A stretch of DNA of 37,708 nt from Burkholderiales bacterium (GTDB taxonomy: Bacteria > Pseudomonadota > Gammaproteobacteria > Burkholderiales > Usitatibacteraceae). The notes under the pieces were generated by a model. The model did not search any database, was not told where the DNA came from, and saw only the letters and a list, made by a program, of their open reading frames with translations. Shown here piece by piece: positions 1-7,940 of this stretch. Every line of letters starts with the position of its first letter. Position 1 is the stretch's first letter. The DNA is taken from the NCBI GenBank assembly GCA_043772475.1, contig JAYVGG010000255.1, forward strand, positions 1-37,708, written 5' to 3'. The position numbers were made by a program, and so were the translations under genes.

Positions 1-616
1 CGTGTAGGTCGTGCCGACCAGTGCGCCGCCGCAGGTGCCGCCGACCGAGGCGGTGAAGCCAGCGTTCGGTGTCACGGCGAAGCTGGTGGTTGCGCCAGAA
101 GCCACTGTTTGCGCGGTGCTTGGGTTGATGCTGCCGTTGGCACCAGCGCTTGGTGTGACGGTGAAGGTGACAGGGATCGCAGCGAAGCTCGCAACCACGC
201 TGCAGTTCGCCGTGATCGGATTCGTCGTGTGGGTCGTGCCCACCAAACCACCGCCGCAGGTGCCAGCGACCGATGCCGTGAAGCCTGCGTTCGGTGTCAC
301 CGTGAAGAAGGTGGTTGCGCCAGAAGCCACTGTTTGCGCGGTGCTTGGGTTGATGCTGCCGTTGGCACCAGCGCTTGGCGTGACCGTGAAGGTGACAGGG
401 ATCGCAGTGAAGCTCGCAATCACGCTGCAGCTCGCCGTGATCGGGTTCGTCGTGTAGGTCGTGCCCACCAGTGCGCCGCCGCAGGTGCCGCCGACCGAGG
501 CGGTGAAGCCTGCGTTCGGTGTCACGGCGAAGCTGGTGGTTGCGCCAGAGGCCACGGTCTGTGCGGTGTTCGGGCTGATGCTGCCGTTGGCACCAGCGCT
601 TGGCGTGACGGTGAAT
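1..616 (-). repeat. Tandem 225-nt (75-aa) coding repeats, about 2.7 copies in the window; the array continues beyond the left edge
   Basis: Unit boundaries on the + strand are 1-225, 226-450 and 451-~616, each starting cgtgt(a/g)ggtcgtgcc. The encoded unit is FTVTPSAGANGSI(S/N)P.TAQTVASGATT.F.VTPNAGFTASV.GTCGG.LVGTT.TTNPITA.CSV.ASF.AIPVT. Confidence 0.9.
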
Positions 617-3033
617 TGAGGCGCCACCACCGTCAATACCGTCGTCGCCGCGTTACTGAGCGCCACTGTGCTCGCCGAAACGTTGAACGACCCAGAAACA
701 GGCGAGTAGCTCCCTGCCGTCGAGCTTGAAACGGGAATCGTGATTACGCACGAGGACGCGCCGGTGCTGCCAAAAGGAATCGAACCCGACCCCCAGCTAA
801 CCGTGAACCCTGTCGCCAACACCCCCGCAAAGCTAACCGTAGTAGCGCACGTGTTGGTGATCGAGCCGCCAGCTATCGCTAAATTCGGCGGTAGCGCAAT
901 ACTGCCGCTCGTAAAAGTGGCAGGCGTGCCGGTAGTGCTCGAAAGCGTCACAGTAAGCGCTGACGGCGCGGTAGCGGCAACGCTCGTCGGCAAAAATGCG
1001 CTTGTCATCTCAAATGGTGCGCTAGCCACTATCGTCGCCAGCACACCAGCACCCTCCTCATCCGAGCCAAAATTTATACCGCCGTTAACCTCAATCCCAA
1101 GCGGAGGCAGTGGGGGAGTTGCTGGCGAAAGCCCGGTCAGCGTGTAGGTGCATGTGCCCGTAGCGGGGATCACTGTAGCTAAGAGCGACGTATCGGTGCC
1201 AGATGTTAAAGGTGACAGTGAAAGCGTGCCACCACACACGGATTGCGGCGTTGGTGACGTAGAATTCAGGCCAAAAAGGTGAACGCCCACCGTACCGGGC
1301 ATCGCCGCGACTGGGGAGGGATTGGTGACTTTGACCGTCAGATTTCCGCCTGGCGCGATCGTCGTTGGCGACGCGGTAAGGCCGAATACGGTGGCAGGAT
1401 TTGTCGCGACTGCGGTGAACGAAGTCGCGCCGATCGTGACCGCGCCGGACGGCACAAGATAAGCGGGGCTCACGCGGGAAACTTGGACAGCGATGCTGAG
1501 GGTACATGGCGTGAAGGTTGCACTACCGCCCGTCCAGCTAAGCGACGAGCTGCCTAGCGTGTTGCCGGTAAGACCCGCCAATCCGCAACTGCTGGGGCCA
1601 GGCGTTACGCCTCTCAACGTCACGCCGGGGGGCAGGGTGACCGACCCCGCCCCGGCGGTCCAATTGCCCGGCAAGCCGCTAGGGTTAACTAGCGTGATAG
1701 TGAGACCCGTGTTCACGAACTCAAACAGCGAGCCGGGGCCGGCGTTGGTATGCGTCACGAAGCGCGTCTGACTGAATCCCAGCTGCATGACGGGTAACCC
1801 GACAGATAGCGTTGGCAGGTTCACAATGCCAATGGGCGAGGCACTGTCCATCGTAAGCGTTCCGGCGAGGACGCCTGGAGAGCCATCGCTATCGGGCGTG
1901 ATACTCGTCACAGGGATGTCCACGGTGCAGGTTCCGTTCGCGGGAATACTGCCACCCAAGAACGCGATGGTTGTTTGCCCAATGATCGGCGTAAACGGTT
2001 GAACTGCGCCAACGGATCCACCGCAGGCGTTGACGGGCAACGACACTGGAATAATGCTGTCCGGCAGAACGACGCTGAATGAATTAATCGGCGCGGTTGC
2101 TGCGCTGGCGTTGGTTAGCGTGAGGTTCAGGATGGACTGGCCACCCGCGGTAATGACATTCGGCACAAATGCGGCGCGAAGTTCATGCGGGATGAACGCG
2201 ATGGTGATCGTCTGATTCAGCGAAATCTGAGAGCCGACTTGGTAAGGCGGGACACCGTCCCGATCACGATCGAACGAGGGTATAGCTGGGATGGATGGAA
2301 CCAATCCCGCACGGATAATCGGCAGCGTTGACGGAACCTGGGGCACAAAGGCGCCGATAGATTTGACCAACAACCGCCCCGCTACGGTAGCCAATGCGCC
2401 GGACACGTTTATGCTATCCGCAGCAGGAAACGAGGACGCGTCAAGCCCGACGTCGGCCTCGTAGGTGCCCGAAAAACTAAGGTTTCCACCGACATTGATC
2501 GTGCCCCGCGCGCCTGCGCCGCCGGGCCGAAAGGTGGTGCTGAAAACCTGAACTAAACTAAAACCCAGGGTGAGATTCCCTTCCACCGCCCCGCCAAAAA
2601 AGTTCACGAACGATTGTGTTGGCACGGGCACGTGCGTTAGGGTCCCCGCCCCTTTTAGGGTGCCGACGTTGCGATTAGTCGCGGAATCGAACGCGAAGTC
2701 GAAGCTAGCTGAGTTGCTAGGACCGGTCACACCCAAGTGAAGGATTGAACCCGAGCCTATATCCAGCGTGCCGCCGACGGTCACGCTGTTGACGGTGATG
2801 GGCGGCGTACTGGCGGGGATTGTCACTGTGCGGGGGGTGGGGATGATGACGGTATCGACGCTCTGTGGCACGCCACTCCGGCAGTCTGCCCAAGTGGCCG
2901 GTTGAGTCCACGGGCCGTCGAGCGTTGCGGTACATGTGACCGCAGTTATCTGCGCCTGTACCCCCTGCGCGCTAACGAGAAGCGCGGCAAGCCCAATGAG
3001 TTTGAATAGCGTGCGTGTGAATATGTTTTTCAT
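1..3033 (-). CDS. Large secreted repeat/adhesin-like protein, N-terminal 1011 aa only (the ORF continues past the left edge)
   Basis: ATG at 3033-3031 follows an AGAGAG-type SD. My manual translation of this minus frame stays open for all 1011 codons down to position 1, and no ORF in this frame is listed in the track, which fits a missing stop. Sec signal MKNIFTRTLFKLIGLAALLVSAQGVQA|Q. After a beta-rich N-terminal region come ~90-100 aa modules, each with a Cys pair (NACGGSVGA...ANGTCTVDIPVTS; SSCGLAG...FTPCTLSIAVQVS; SVCGGTLS...ATGTCTYTLTG; NTCATTVS...ASSCVITIPVSS). These are followed by 75-aa InlB-B-repeat-like units. The + strand ORFs at 11-2215 are antisense shadows. Confidence 0.8.
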   Translation of the reverse strand, partial: MKNIFTRTLFKLIGLAALLVSAQGVQAQITAVTCTATLDGPWTQPATWADCRSGVPQSVDTVIIPTPRTVTIPASTPPITVNSVTVGGTLDIGSGSILHLGVTGPSNSASFDFAFDSATNRNVGTLKGAGTLTHVPVPTQSFVNFFGGAVEGNLTLGFSLVQVFSTTFRPGGAGARGTINVGGNLSFSGTYEADVGLDASSFPAADSINVSGALATVAGRLLVKSIGAFVPQVPSTLPIIRAGLVPSIPAIPSFDRDRDGVPPYQVGSQISLNQTITIAFIPHELRAAFVPNVITAGGQSILNLTLTNASAATAPINSFSVVLPDSIIPVSLPVNACGGSVGAVQPFTPIIGQTTIAFLGGSIPANGTCTVDIPVTSITPDSDGSPGVLAGTLTMDSASPIGIVNLPTLSVGLPVMQLGFSQTRFVTHTNAGPGSLFEFVNTGLTITLVNPSGLPGNWTAGAGSVTLPPGVTLRGVTPGPSSCGLAGLTGNTLGSSSLSWTGGSATFTPCTLSIAVQVSRVSPAYLVPSGAVTIGATSFTAVATNPATVFGLTASPTTIAPGGNLTVKVTNPSPVAAMPGTVGVHLFGLNSTSPTPQSVCGGTLSLSPLTSGTDTSLLATVIPATGTCTYTLTGLSPATPPLPPLGIEVNGGINFGSDEEGAGVLATIVASAPFEMTSAFLPTSVAATAPSALTVTLSSTTGTPATFTSGSIALPPNLAIAGGSITNTCATTVSFAGVLATGFTVSWGSGSIPFGSTGASSCVITIPVSSSTAGSYSPVSGSFNVSASTVALSNAATTVLTVVAPQFTVTPSAGANGSISPNTAQTVASGATTSFAVTPNAGFTASVGGTCGGALVGTTYTTNPITASCSVIASFTAIPVTFTVTPSAGANGSINPSTAQTVASGATTFFTVTPNAGFTASVAGTCGGGLVGTTHTTNPITANCSVVASFAAIPVTFTVTPSAGANGSINPSTAQTVASGATTSFAVTPNAGFTASVGGTCGGALVGTTYT

Positions 3034-3176
3034 TTTGATTCTCTCTGTAAATACCATCGCTTGAGCGATTTTCCCGGTGCTAAATGTGGTTAAACCCTAA
3101 TACTGGCGCGGCGTTTGCGGCGATCTCTCGTTTTGGTTACTGGCAACTGTTTGTGGCGGTTGAGGCAGCGCCTGCC

Positions 3177-5444
3177 TCACCCCCGCCGCCTAAACGCAAT
3201 CGCACCACTGATATTGCTATTCAAGTTGTACATCACGCCCGCACCACGCCCGGTGCGGCCGGTGAAAAATCCATCAATACTGCCGCTAGGTATTACCGGC
3301 GTGCAGCTGGGGGCACAGCTGATGGTGAGCGTGCCTGCCGGGGCGACGTTGGCGATGGCGGCACCGGCGTAGGTGGCGAAATACTGGGCGCGGTAAATAG
3401 GCACGTTGCTCGCGGCGGCGTTCCACGTCTGCCCGGCGATGGTGATGTTGAGGCTGGTGTTGACGGTTCGGGCGGAGAAATTGGCGCTGAGTGCGGCGCT
3501 ATTAAAGGTGCCGACGTTGCCATTGAGATCGGTGGGGCGCGTTGAGCCGATTACGTCATAGGTTGCGCTGCCGGTAAGCGGCAAGGCGGTGGGGCCGTTT
3601 TGCGCGCTTGAAAAAATGTAGTGGAGGCTGCGATTAGTGAGTGCTACCGCTTGCCCACCCACGGTGGCGCTGCCGCCAGACCAGCGCCCCCAGATTAAGC
3701 CGGTGGCAGCATCGGCACCGTTTTCGAGCACGGTGGCGCTACCCTGCGCGTAGGTAGCGTGGCCGACGATATCGGGGCCACGCGCGATGGGGCCCGCAAA
3801 CGCGGTGGCGCGCCCCTCGGCATCACTGGTGACTTCTTCAGGGCGGTTTACGGTGGCGTAGCTTCGGAAAAAACTGGCGTTGGCGAGCGTGTTGCTTGGG
3901 TCAGAAAGTAAGCCATTGCGGAAGGTGGCACCGATGTTTTGGACCGGGCCTTGGAAGGCGATGACGCCATTGATGGTTTGGGCACCTTGGCCGCAGGCGC
4001 AATTGGTGCGGTCACTAAAGCCGTAGCCGATGAGCGCACCATTGAGTGCTGCACCGGTGAAGCCGCCTTGCAAGGTGCCAACCAGCGCTGGGTTGGTAGC
4101 CGAGCTTTGGCCGGTGGCATTGGTGATGGTGAGCCGACCGCCGCCGGTGTAGGCGAAAAAGCTATTGAGCGAGAAGGCGACATTGCTGGCCGTGAGCGTC
4201 CATGCGCCAGCGGGCACGGTGGCGCTCGCGGGCATCGAGACACCGATGATCGCGTTTAGCGTGCGCGCGCTGAAATTAACATTGAGCACCGAATTAGTGA
4301 GCGCACCCACCGTGCCGAATTGATTGGTGGGGCTGGTGGCACCGGCGCGCGTGTAGCTCACGGTGCCGGTTAAGACATCGGACAAATAGCCCGCGTAGCC
4401 CGCGCCGCCGTAGCCCCAGTGAATCGGGGCGGCCACGCTGCTACCGGCACCGGTTGCGCCGTTCCAGCGGCCGATGACGATGCTATTGCCGTTGCCAATA
4501 TCAATACGCTGCACGTCGGCCGCCGTGCCGCCAGCGATGGCGGCGTTGAGACCGCTCTGATCGCCCGCATAGCCCACCACGCGGCGCAGGTTGCTGCCGT
4601 CAAGCGTGAGGCCGTCTCGCCCGGCTAAGCTTGCGATGGTGCCGCCATTTCCGGCGATCACGGCTTGCTGGAGGCCGAGCGGGTCGGTGGGGCTGTAAAG
4701 ATCGAGGGGATCCACCAGCACGTACCCTAGGCCGCTACCGCCGATCACGATTGCGCGTCCCACGGCATCCGGGCCGCGTGGCGGGATGTTTGCATCGCCT
4801 CCGTCATCAATCGCCTCGGCTTCCCCCGGCCCGACCATGATGCGCCCAGCTTCGAGCATACCGGGCGGGGTGGGTATAAATTGTGGCGCTTGACCATTGA
4901 GCACTTGCACGGTGTCGTTGGGGCCGGTAATCAGCGGCGGAAAATTGGTGTTGTTCGACAACACCTCATGGCTACCTTCGACGGTGTGATTGATGGTGCC
5001 GCCATCATCGGCGATCAAGATATTGAATGAGCCGCGAATGCCGACCGTGGCGGCGCGCGTTTTCATTTTGAATTTGTTGGCGTCGTTGCGCGAGAGTAGT
5101 TTGGTAAAGCTACGCAAGGTGCCGCGCACGAGATTTAAGATCGCCCCTTCGTCGCCATCGACTTTCTGCGCGTAGCGCTCAACGATAAGCTGGCTACTGG
5201 AGCGTAGCGAGAGCTTGGCTTTATCAACCATATCGAGCTGGGCTGCGCCGTTGGCACCAGTGGTGATGATGTCGCCTGCGGCAACCTCGGTGCCGGGCGT
5301 GGCCTGGCTGGTTTTGTCACCGCTTTTGAGCGTGACCTCGCCAACCACGTGGGTGAAGGTGCCGCTCTTGGCGAAAGCAGGGAGCGTCAGCGCTGTCAAT
5401 ATCAGCACGCTAAAGAGGCAGAGTTTTTGGATAAGATTTTTCAT
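3177..5444 (-). CDS. Secreted FecR-domain protein with two C-terminal TbpB/hemophilin-like beta-barrel modules (candidate Slam/T11SS cargo)
   Basis: 755-aa ORF with a GGAG SD before the ATG. Sec signal MKNLIQKLCLFSVLILTALTLPAFA|KSG contains no lipobox Cys. Residues ~28-140 match the FecR pattern (GEVTL....ATPG..V..GD.I.TG.NG.A.L.......L...S.L.......L.L..G..R). Residues ~322-499 and ~583-753 repeat a module: GRW.G... Y.G...G.(V/A)(S/T)Y...G.T.PT...G.VG.....L..NFSART(L/V)N ...W.. ASNV... G...GGF(T)G....GA...Y.......I.G.IAF. Confidence 0.75.
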   Translation of the reverse strand: MKNLIQKLCLFSVLILTALTLPAFAKSGTFTHVVGEVTLKSGDKTSQATPGTEVAAGDIITTGANGAAQLDMVDKAKLSLRSSSQLIVERYAQKVDGDEGAILNLVRGTLRSFTKLLSRNDANKFKMKTRAATVGIRGSFNILIADDGGTINHTVEGSHEVLSNNTNFPPLITGPNDTVQVLNGQAPQFIPTPPGMLEAGRIMVGPGEAEAIDDGGDANIPPRGPDAVGRAIVIGGSGLGYVLVDPLDLYSPTDPLGLQQAVIAGNGGTIASLAGRDGLTLDGSNLRRVVGYAGDQSGLNAAIAGGTAADVQRIDIGNGNSIVIGRWNGATGAGSSVAAPIHWGYGGAGYAGYLSDVLTGTVSYTRAGATSPTNQFGTVGALTNSVLNVNFSARTLNAIIGVSMPASATVPAGAWTLTASNVAFSLNSFFAYTGGGRLTITNATGQSSATNPALVGTLQGGFTGAALNGALIGYGFSDRTNCACGQGAQTINGVIAFQGPVQNIGATFRNGLLSDPSNTLANASFFRSYATVNRPEEVTSDAEGRATAFAGPIARGPDIVGHATYAQGSATVLENGADAATGLIWGRWSGGSATVGGQAVALTNRSLHYIFSSAQNGPTALPLTGSATYDVIGSTRPTDLNGNVGTFNSAALSANFSARTVNTSLNITIAGQTWNAAASNVPIYRAQYFATYAGAAIANVAPAGTLTISCAPSCTPVIPSGSIDGFFTGRTGRGAGVMYNLNSNISGAIAFRRRG

Positions 5445-5462
5445 TGTGGCTCCGGGGTGGCG

Positions 5463-6860
5463 CTATTGAATTTCGCAACGAATCGCCGACGACACCTCGT
5501 GGCGGCTGTAGTCGTAAATGGCAATGTTTGAGCTATTGCGCGAGGCCTGCCATTGCGCGTGCAGATTGCACTTGGGGGTGAAGCGCCAATTGGCACCGAG
5601 TGAAAAATCGGCCAGACGATCACGGCCAAATTCGATCTCGGTGGCACGTGCAAAGGCTTTGTCGTCGTTACGCTTGGTGTAGCCCAGCACGGTGAAAAGA
5701 TTGAGCTTTTCACTCATGCTGACTTGCCCGTAGGCACGCGCACCCGAGACGCGCTTCGATTTATCGGATTCGCCATCGGCTAACGTGCGGAGCGCGCGGT
5801 CCCGGCTGGTGTAGCCGCTTAGCTGGATAAGTGGCGCGCTGGCACCATCAAATTGGCGCAGCCAACCCGCCGAAAGTTGATTGGCGTTGAAGTCTTCGAT
5901 GTTGTTATCGGGGAAGCGAATGCGTAGGCTGGTGCCGCCGAAACTGAGCTGGTTTTGTGGCGTAATCGCGTAGCGGTACTCGGCCCCAACACTAGCACTG
6001 GTGCGGTCGTTGGTGGGTTTAGGCGTGCCGGGGGCATCGGCTTTTTGTTTGTACGCAGCGCCACCGGCATTCAACGTGACGCGGTGTTGCTCACGCGTCC
6101 AGATGGCCGCGGCGCGCAGGTCGGCATTGAGTAAATTAAAGAGGGTTTCTTTTTGGTAGGCACGCCCGCGCCCTTCAGCCGTGAGCTGGGCGGCCCACTC
6201 GGTTGAAAGCGGCATCCGGTAATCGCCACCGAGGCCGGCTGCAAAAAATGCCGCGCGGCGTTTAATGGCGTTACCCGTAGGCGATACTCCGGGAATCGCA
6301 AAAGCCGACTCAACCGCCGAGGTGAAATCAACCGGCACCCCGGTTACGTTGGTGTCGTAGCCTAGCTGCGTCTCGCCCCAGATAGAAAGTTTCTTGGCCG
6401 AGCTAGCGCGCTTTTCGCGAATGGCGGTGAGGTAGCGCTCGATGGTGGCGCGCGCAGCCTCGGGTGGGTTGGCGCGTTTGAGCGATAGGAGCGTCGATTC
6501 GGCGAGATCCATCGAGCCGGCGTGGAAGTAGGCGCGGCCCAAGTCAAGCCTCGCCCCGGCGTGCTTGGGCACGGCGGCCAGCACACGCTCGAGCGCCATA
6601 ATCGCCTCGGTGTATTTCAGGCTATCGAGTGCGGCAACACCGAGCAGGTAGTTGAATTGGGGGTTATCGAGGTTTTTGTCTTGGGCCTCGGCCAGAATCA
6701 CGAATGCTTGTTTGGCGTCACCCTTGGCGAGCAGAGCTTCTGCTTCACCGATTAGCTTGGGCTGCGCCCAGGCGGGCACACAAAACGCCGCAAACACCAA
6801 TAGCAGCGCGGGTTTCCACTGCATTGCGCGTGTTTTTTTATTGCGCTTATCTATCACCAT
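5463..6860 (-). CDS. Outer-membrane TPR plus beta-barrel protein, Slam/DUF560-like (surface lipoprotein assembly modifier / T11SS translocator)
   Basis: The ORF runs 5463-6902. I prefer the ATG at 6860 (AGGAAGAG SD 4 nt upstream); the ATG at 6824 is an alternative. Signal ...MQWKPALLLVFAAFCVPAWA|QP. The N-terminal ~120 aa are TPR-like helices (AEALLAKGDAKQAF...NYLLGVAALDSLKYTEAIMALERVLA...RLDLGRAYFHAGSMDLAE). These lead into YLTAIREKR...SIWGETQLGYDTNV and an amphipathic-strand barrel that ends SRNSSNIAIYDYSRHEV. The ~465 aa size and the architecture match Slam proteins as I remember them, and the gene stops 18 nt upstream of the start of the candidate cargo gene. Confidence 0.6.
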   Translation of the reverse strand: MVIDKRNKKTRAMQWKPALLLVFAAFCVPAWAQPKLIGEAEALLAKGDAKQAFVILAEAQDKNLDNPQFNYLLGVAALDSLKYTEAIMALERVLAAVPKHAGARLDLGRAYFHAGSMDLAESTLLSLKRANPPEAARATIERYLTAIREKRASSAKKLSIWGETQLGYDTNVTGVPVDFTSAVESAFAIPGVSPTGNAIKRRAAFFAAGLGGDYRMPLSTEWAAQLTAEGRGRAYQKETLFNLLNADLRAAAIWTREQHRVTLNAGGAAYKQKADAPGTPKPTNDRTSASVGAEYRYAITPQNQLSFGGTSLRIRFPDNNIEDFNANQLSAGWLRQFDGASAPLIQLSGYTSRDRALRTLADGESDKSKRVSGARAYGQVSMSEKLNLFTVLGYTKRNDDKAFARATEIEFGRDRLADFSLGANWRFTPKCNLHAQWQASRNSSNIAIYDYSRHEVSSAIRCEIQ

Positions 6861-7127
6861 TTGTCTCTTCCTGTTGTGTTCGCGTGGTGGCGATTCAGGC
6901 ATCCCGGTGTGCGATTCGATGAGCCGCCGCTAGCATATGAAAGACTAAGCATAGCAAGTTTGGGCTTCCTTACCACTTGTAAAATCACACGCACGCGCCA
7001 TAGCACCGAATATATTCCCCACGGCCTTACAATTAGACCTAGTTCAGCTCGACATCGCTATACCGCGATTACGGTATTGCGCTGGCAGCCTGGTTTATTT
7101 CTTTCGCCCCACTCGCAAGGCCCCATC

Positions 7128-7907
7128 ATGACTGACACCGCCGAACCTATCCTCGACATCACCCATCAAGGCGGCGTAACCCGCCTCACCCTTAACCGCC
7201 CCAAGCAGTACAACGCGCTCTCAAAGGCCATGCTGGACGCGCTGCATGAGGCTTTAGATGCGATTGCCCACGACACCAGCGTGCGGGTGGTGGTGATCGC
7301 GGCCCATGGCGGCGCATTTTGCGCGGGGCATGATTTGAAAGAAATGCGCGGCGCAAATGACCCCGCTTTTGTTTCGCAGCTTTTTGCGCGCTGCTCGGCG
7401 CTGATGCTAAAAATCGCCAAGCTGCCCGTGCCGGTGGTAGCTGAAGTGCAAGGCATGGCCACCGCAGCCGGGTGCCAGCTGGTGGCGCAGTGTGATTTGG
7501 CGGTGTGCGCTGATACGGCGCGTTTCGCGGTATCGGGTGTGAATTTGGGGCTCTTTTGCTCAACCCCTGCGGTGGCGCTCTCACGTGCAATCTCGCGGAA
7601 GCGCGCGGCGGAAATGTTGATGACCGGCGAATTTATTGATGCCGCTACCGCGCTCGATTGGGGCTTGGTGAATCGTGCGGTGCCTGCGGCCGCGTTGCGG
7701 GCTGAAACGCTAAAGCTCTGCGAAACCCTCAAAGCCAAGCCACGCGCGGCGCTTGCGATGGGCAAGGCGCTTTTTTATCGGCAGTTGGAGATGGGTATTG
7801 AGGCCGCGTATCAAGATGCGTCGGCAACCATCACGTGCAACTTTGCGATGCCGGAGGCGGTGGAAGGGGTTACTGCGTTTTTGGAGAAGCGTAAGCCGGT
7901 GTGGTGA
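7128..7907 (+). CDS. Enoyl-CoA hydratase/isomerase (crotonase) family protein
   Basis: In-frame ATG at 7128 gives MTDTAEPILDITHQGGVTRLTLNRPKQYNAL. Crotonase motifs are present (AFCAGHDLKEM, G.ATAAGCQLV..CDL). The upstream 89 codons of the listed ORF cross the divergent promoter region. Confidence 0.85.
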   Translation: MTDTAEPILDITHQGGVTRLTLNRPKQYNALSKAMLDALHEALDAIAHDTSVRVVVIAAHGGAFCAGHDLKEMRGANDPAFVSQLFARCSALMLKIAKLPVPVVAEVQGMATAAGCQLVAQCDLAVCADTARFAVSGVNLGLFCSTPAVALSRAISRKRAAEMLMTGEFIDAATALDWGLVNRAVPAAALRAETLKLCETLKAKPRAALAMGKALFYRQLEMGIEAAYQDASATITCNFAMPEAVEGVTAFLEKRKPVW

Positions 7908-7940
7908 TAGCGGCGTGCGCCTTGACATGCGGTGCAACGC

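Noticed and set aside
11-2215. Series of + strand ORFs (11-457, 109-729, 740-1147, 1279-1557, 1493-1771, 1787-2002, 2030-2215), some of them repeat-containing
   Set aside because: They are antisense or out-of-frame shadows of the single long minus-strand ORF 3033->1. That ORF has a signal peptide, an SD and a coherent domain structure. The + ORFs are Arg/Pro/Val-rich, fragmentary, and lack plausible starts.
3084-5531. Many short ORFs on both strands inside the FecR-barrel gene (for example 3084-3545 +, 3848-4243 -, 3939-4259 +)
   Set aside because: They are high-GC shadow ORFs fully contained within the 755-aa CDS. Their compositions are biased (Arg/Pro/Ala) and they show no motifs.
5463-6902. 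Full-length 479-aa version of the Slam-like ORF starting at 6902
   Set aside because: The first 14 codons (MPESPPREHNRKRQ) have no SD. The ATG at 6860 has AGGAAGAG upstream and still provides a basic n-region before the signal peptide. The 6824 start remains possible.
6861-7127. 5' extension of the enoyl-CoA hydratase ORF (listed as 6861-7907)
   Set aside because: The extension overlaps the divergent Slam-like gene start and the promoter region and has no crotonase similarity. The family-typical N-terminus begins at the ATG at 7128.
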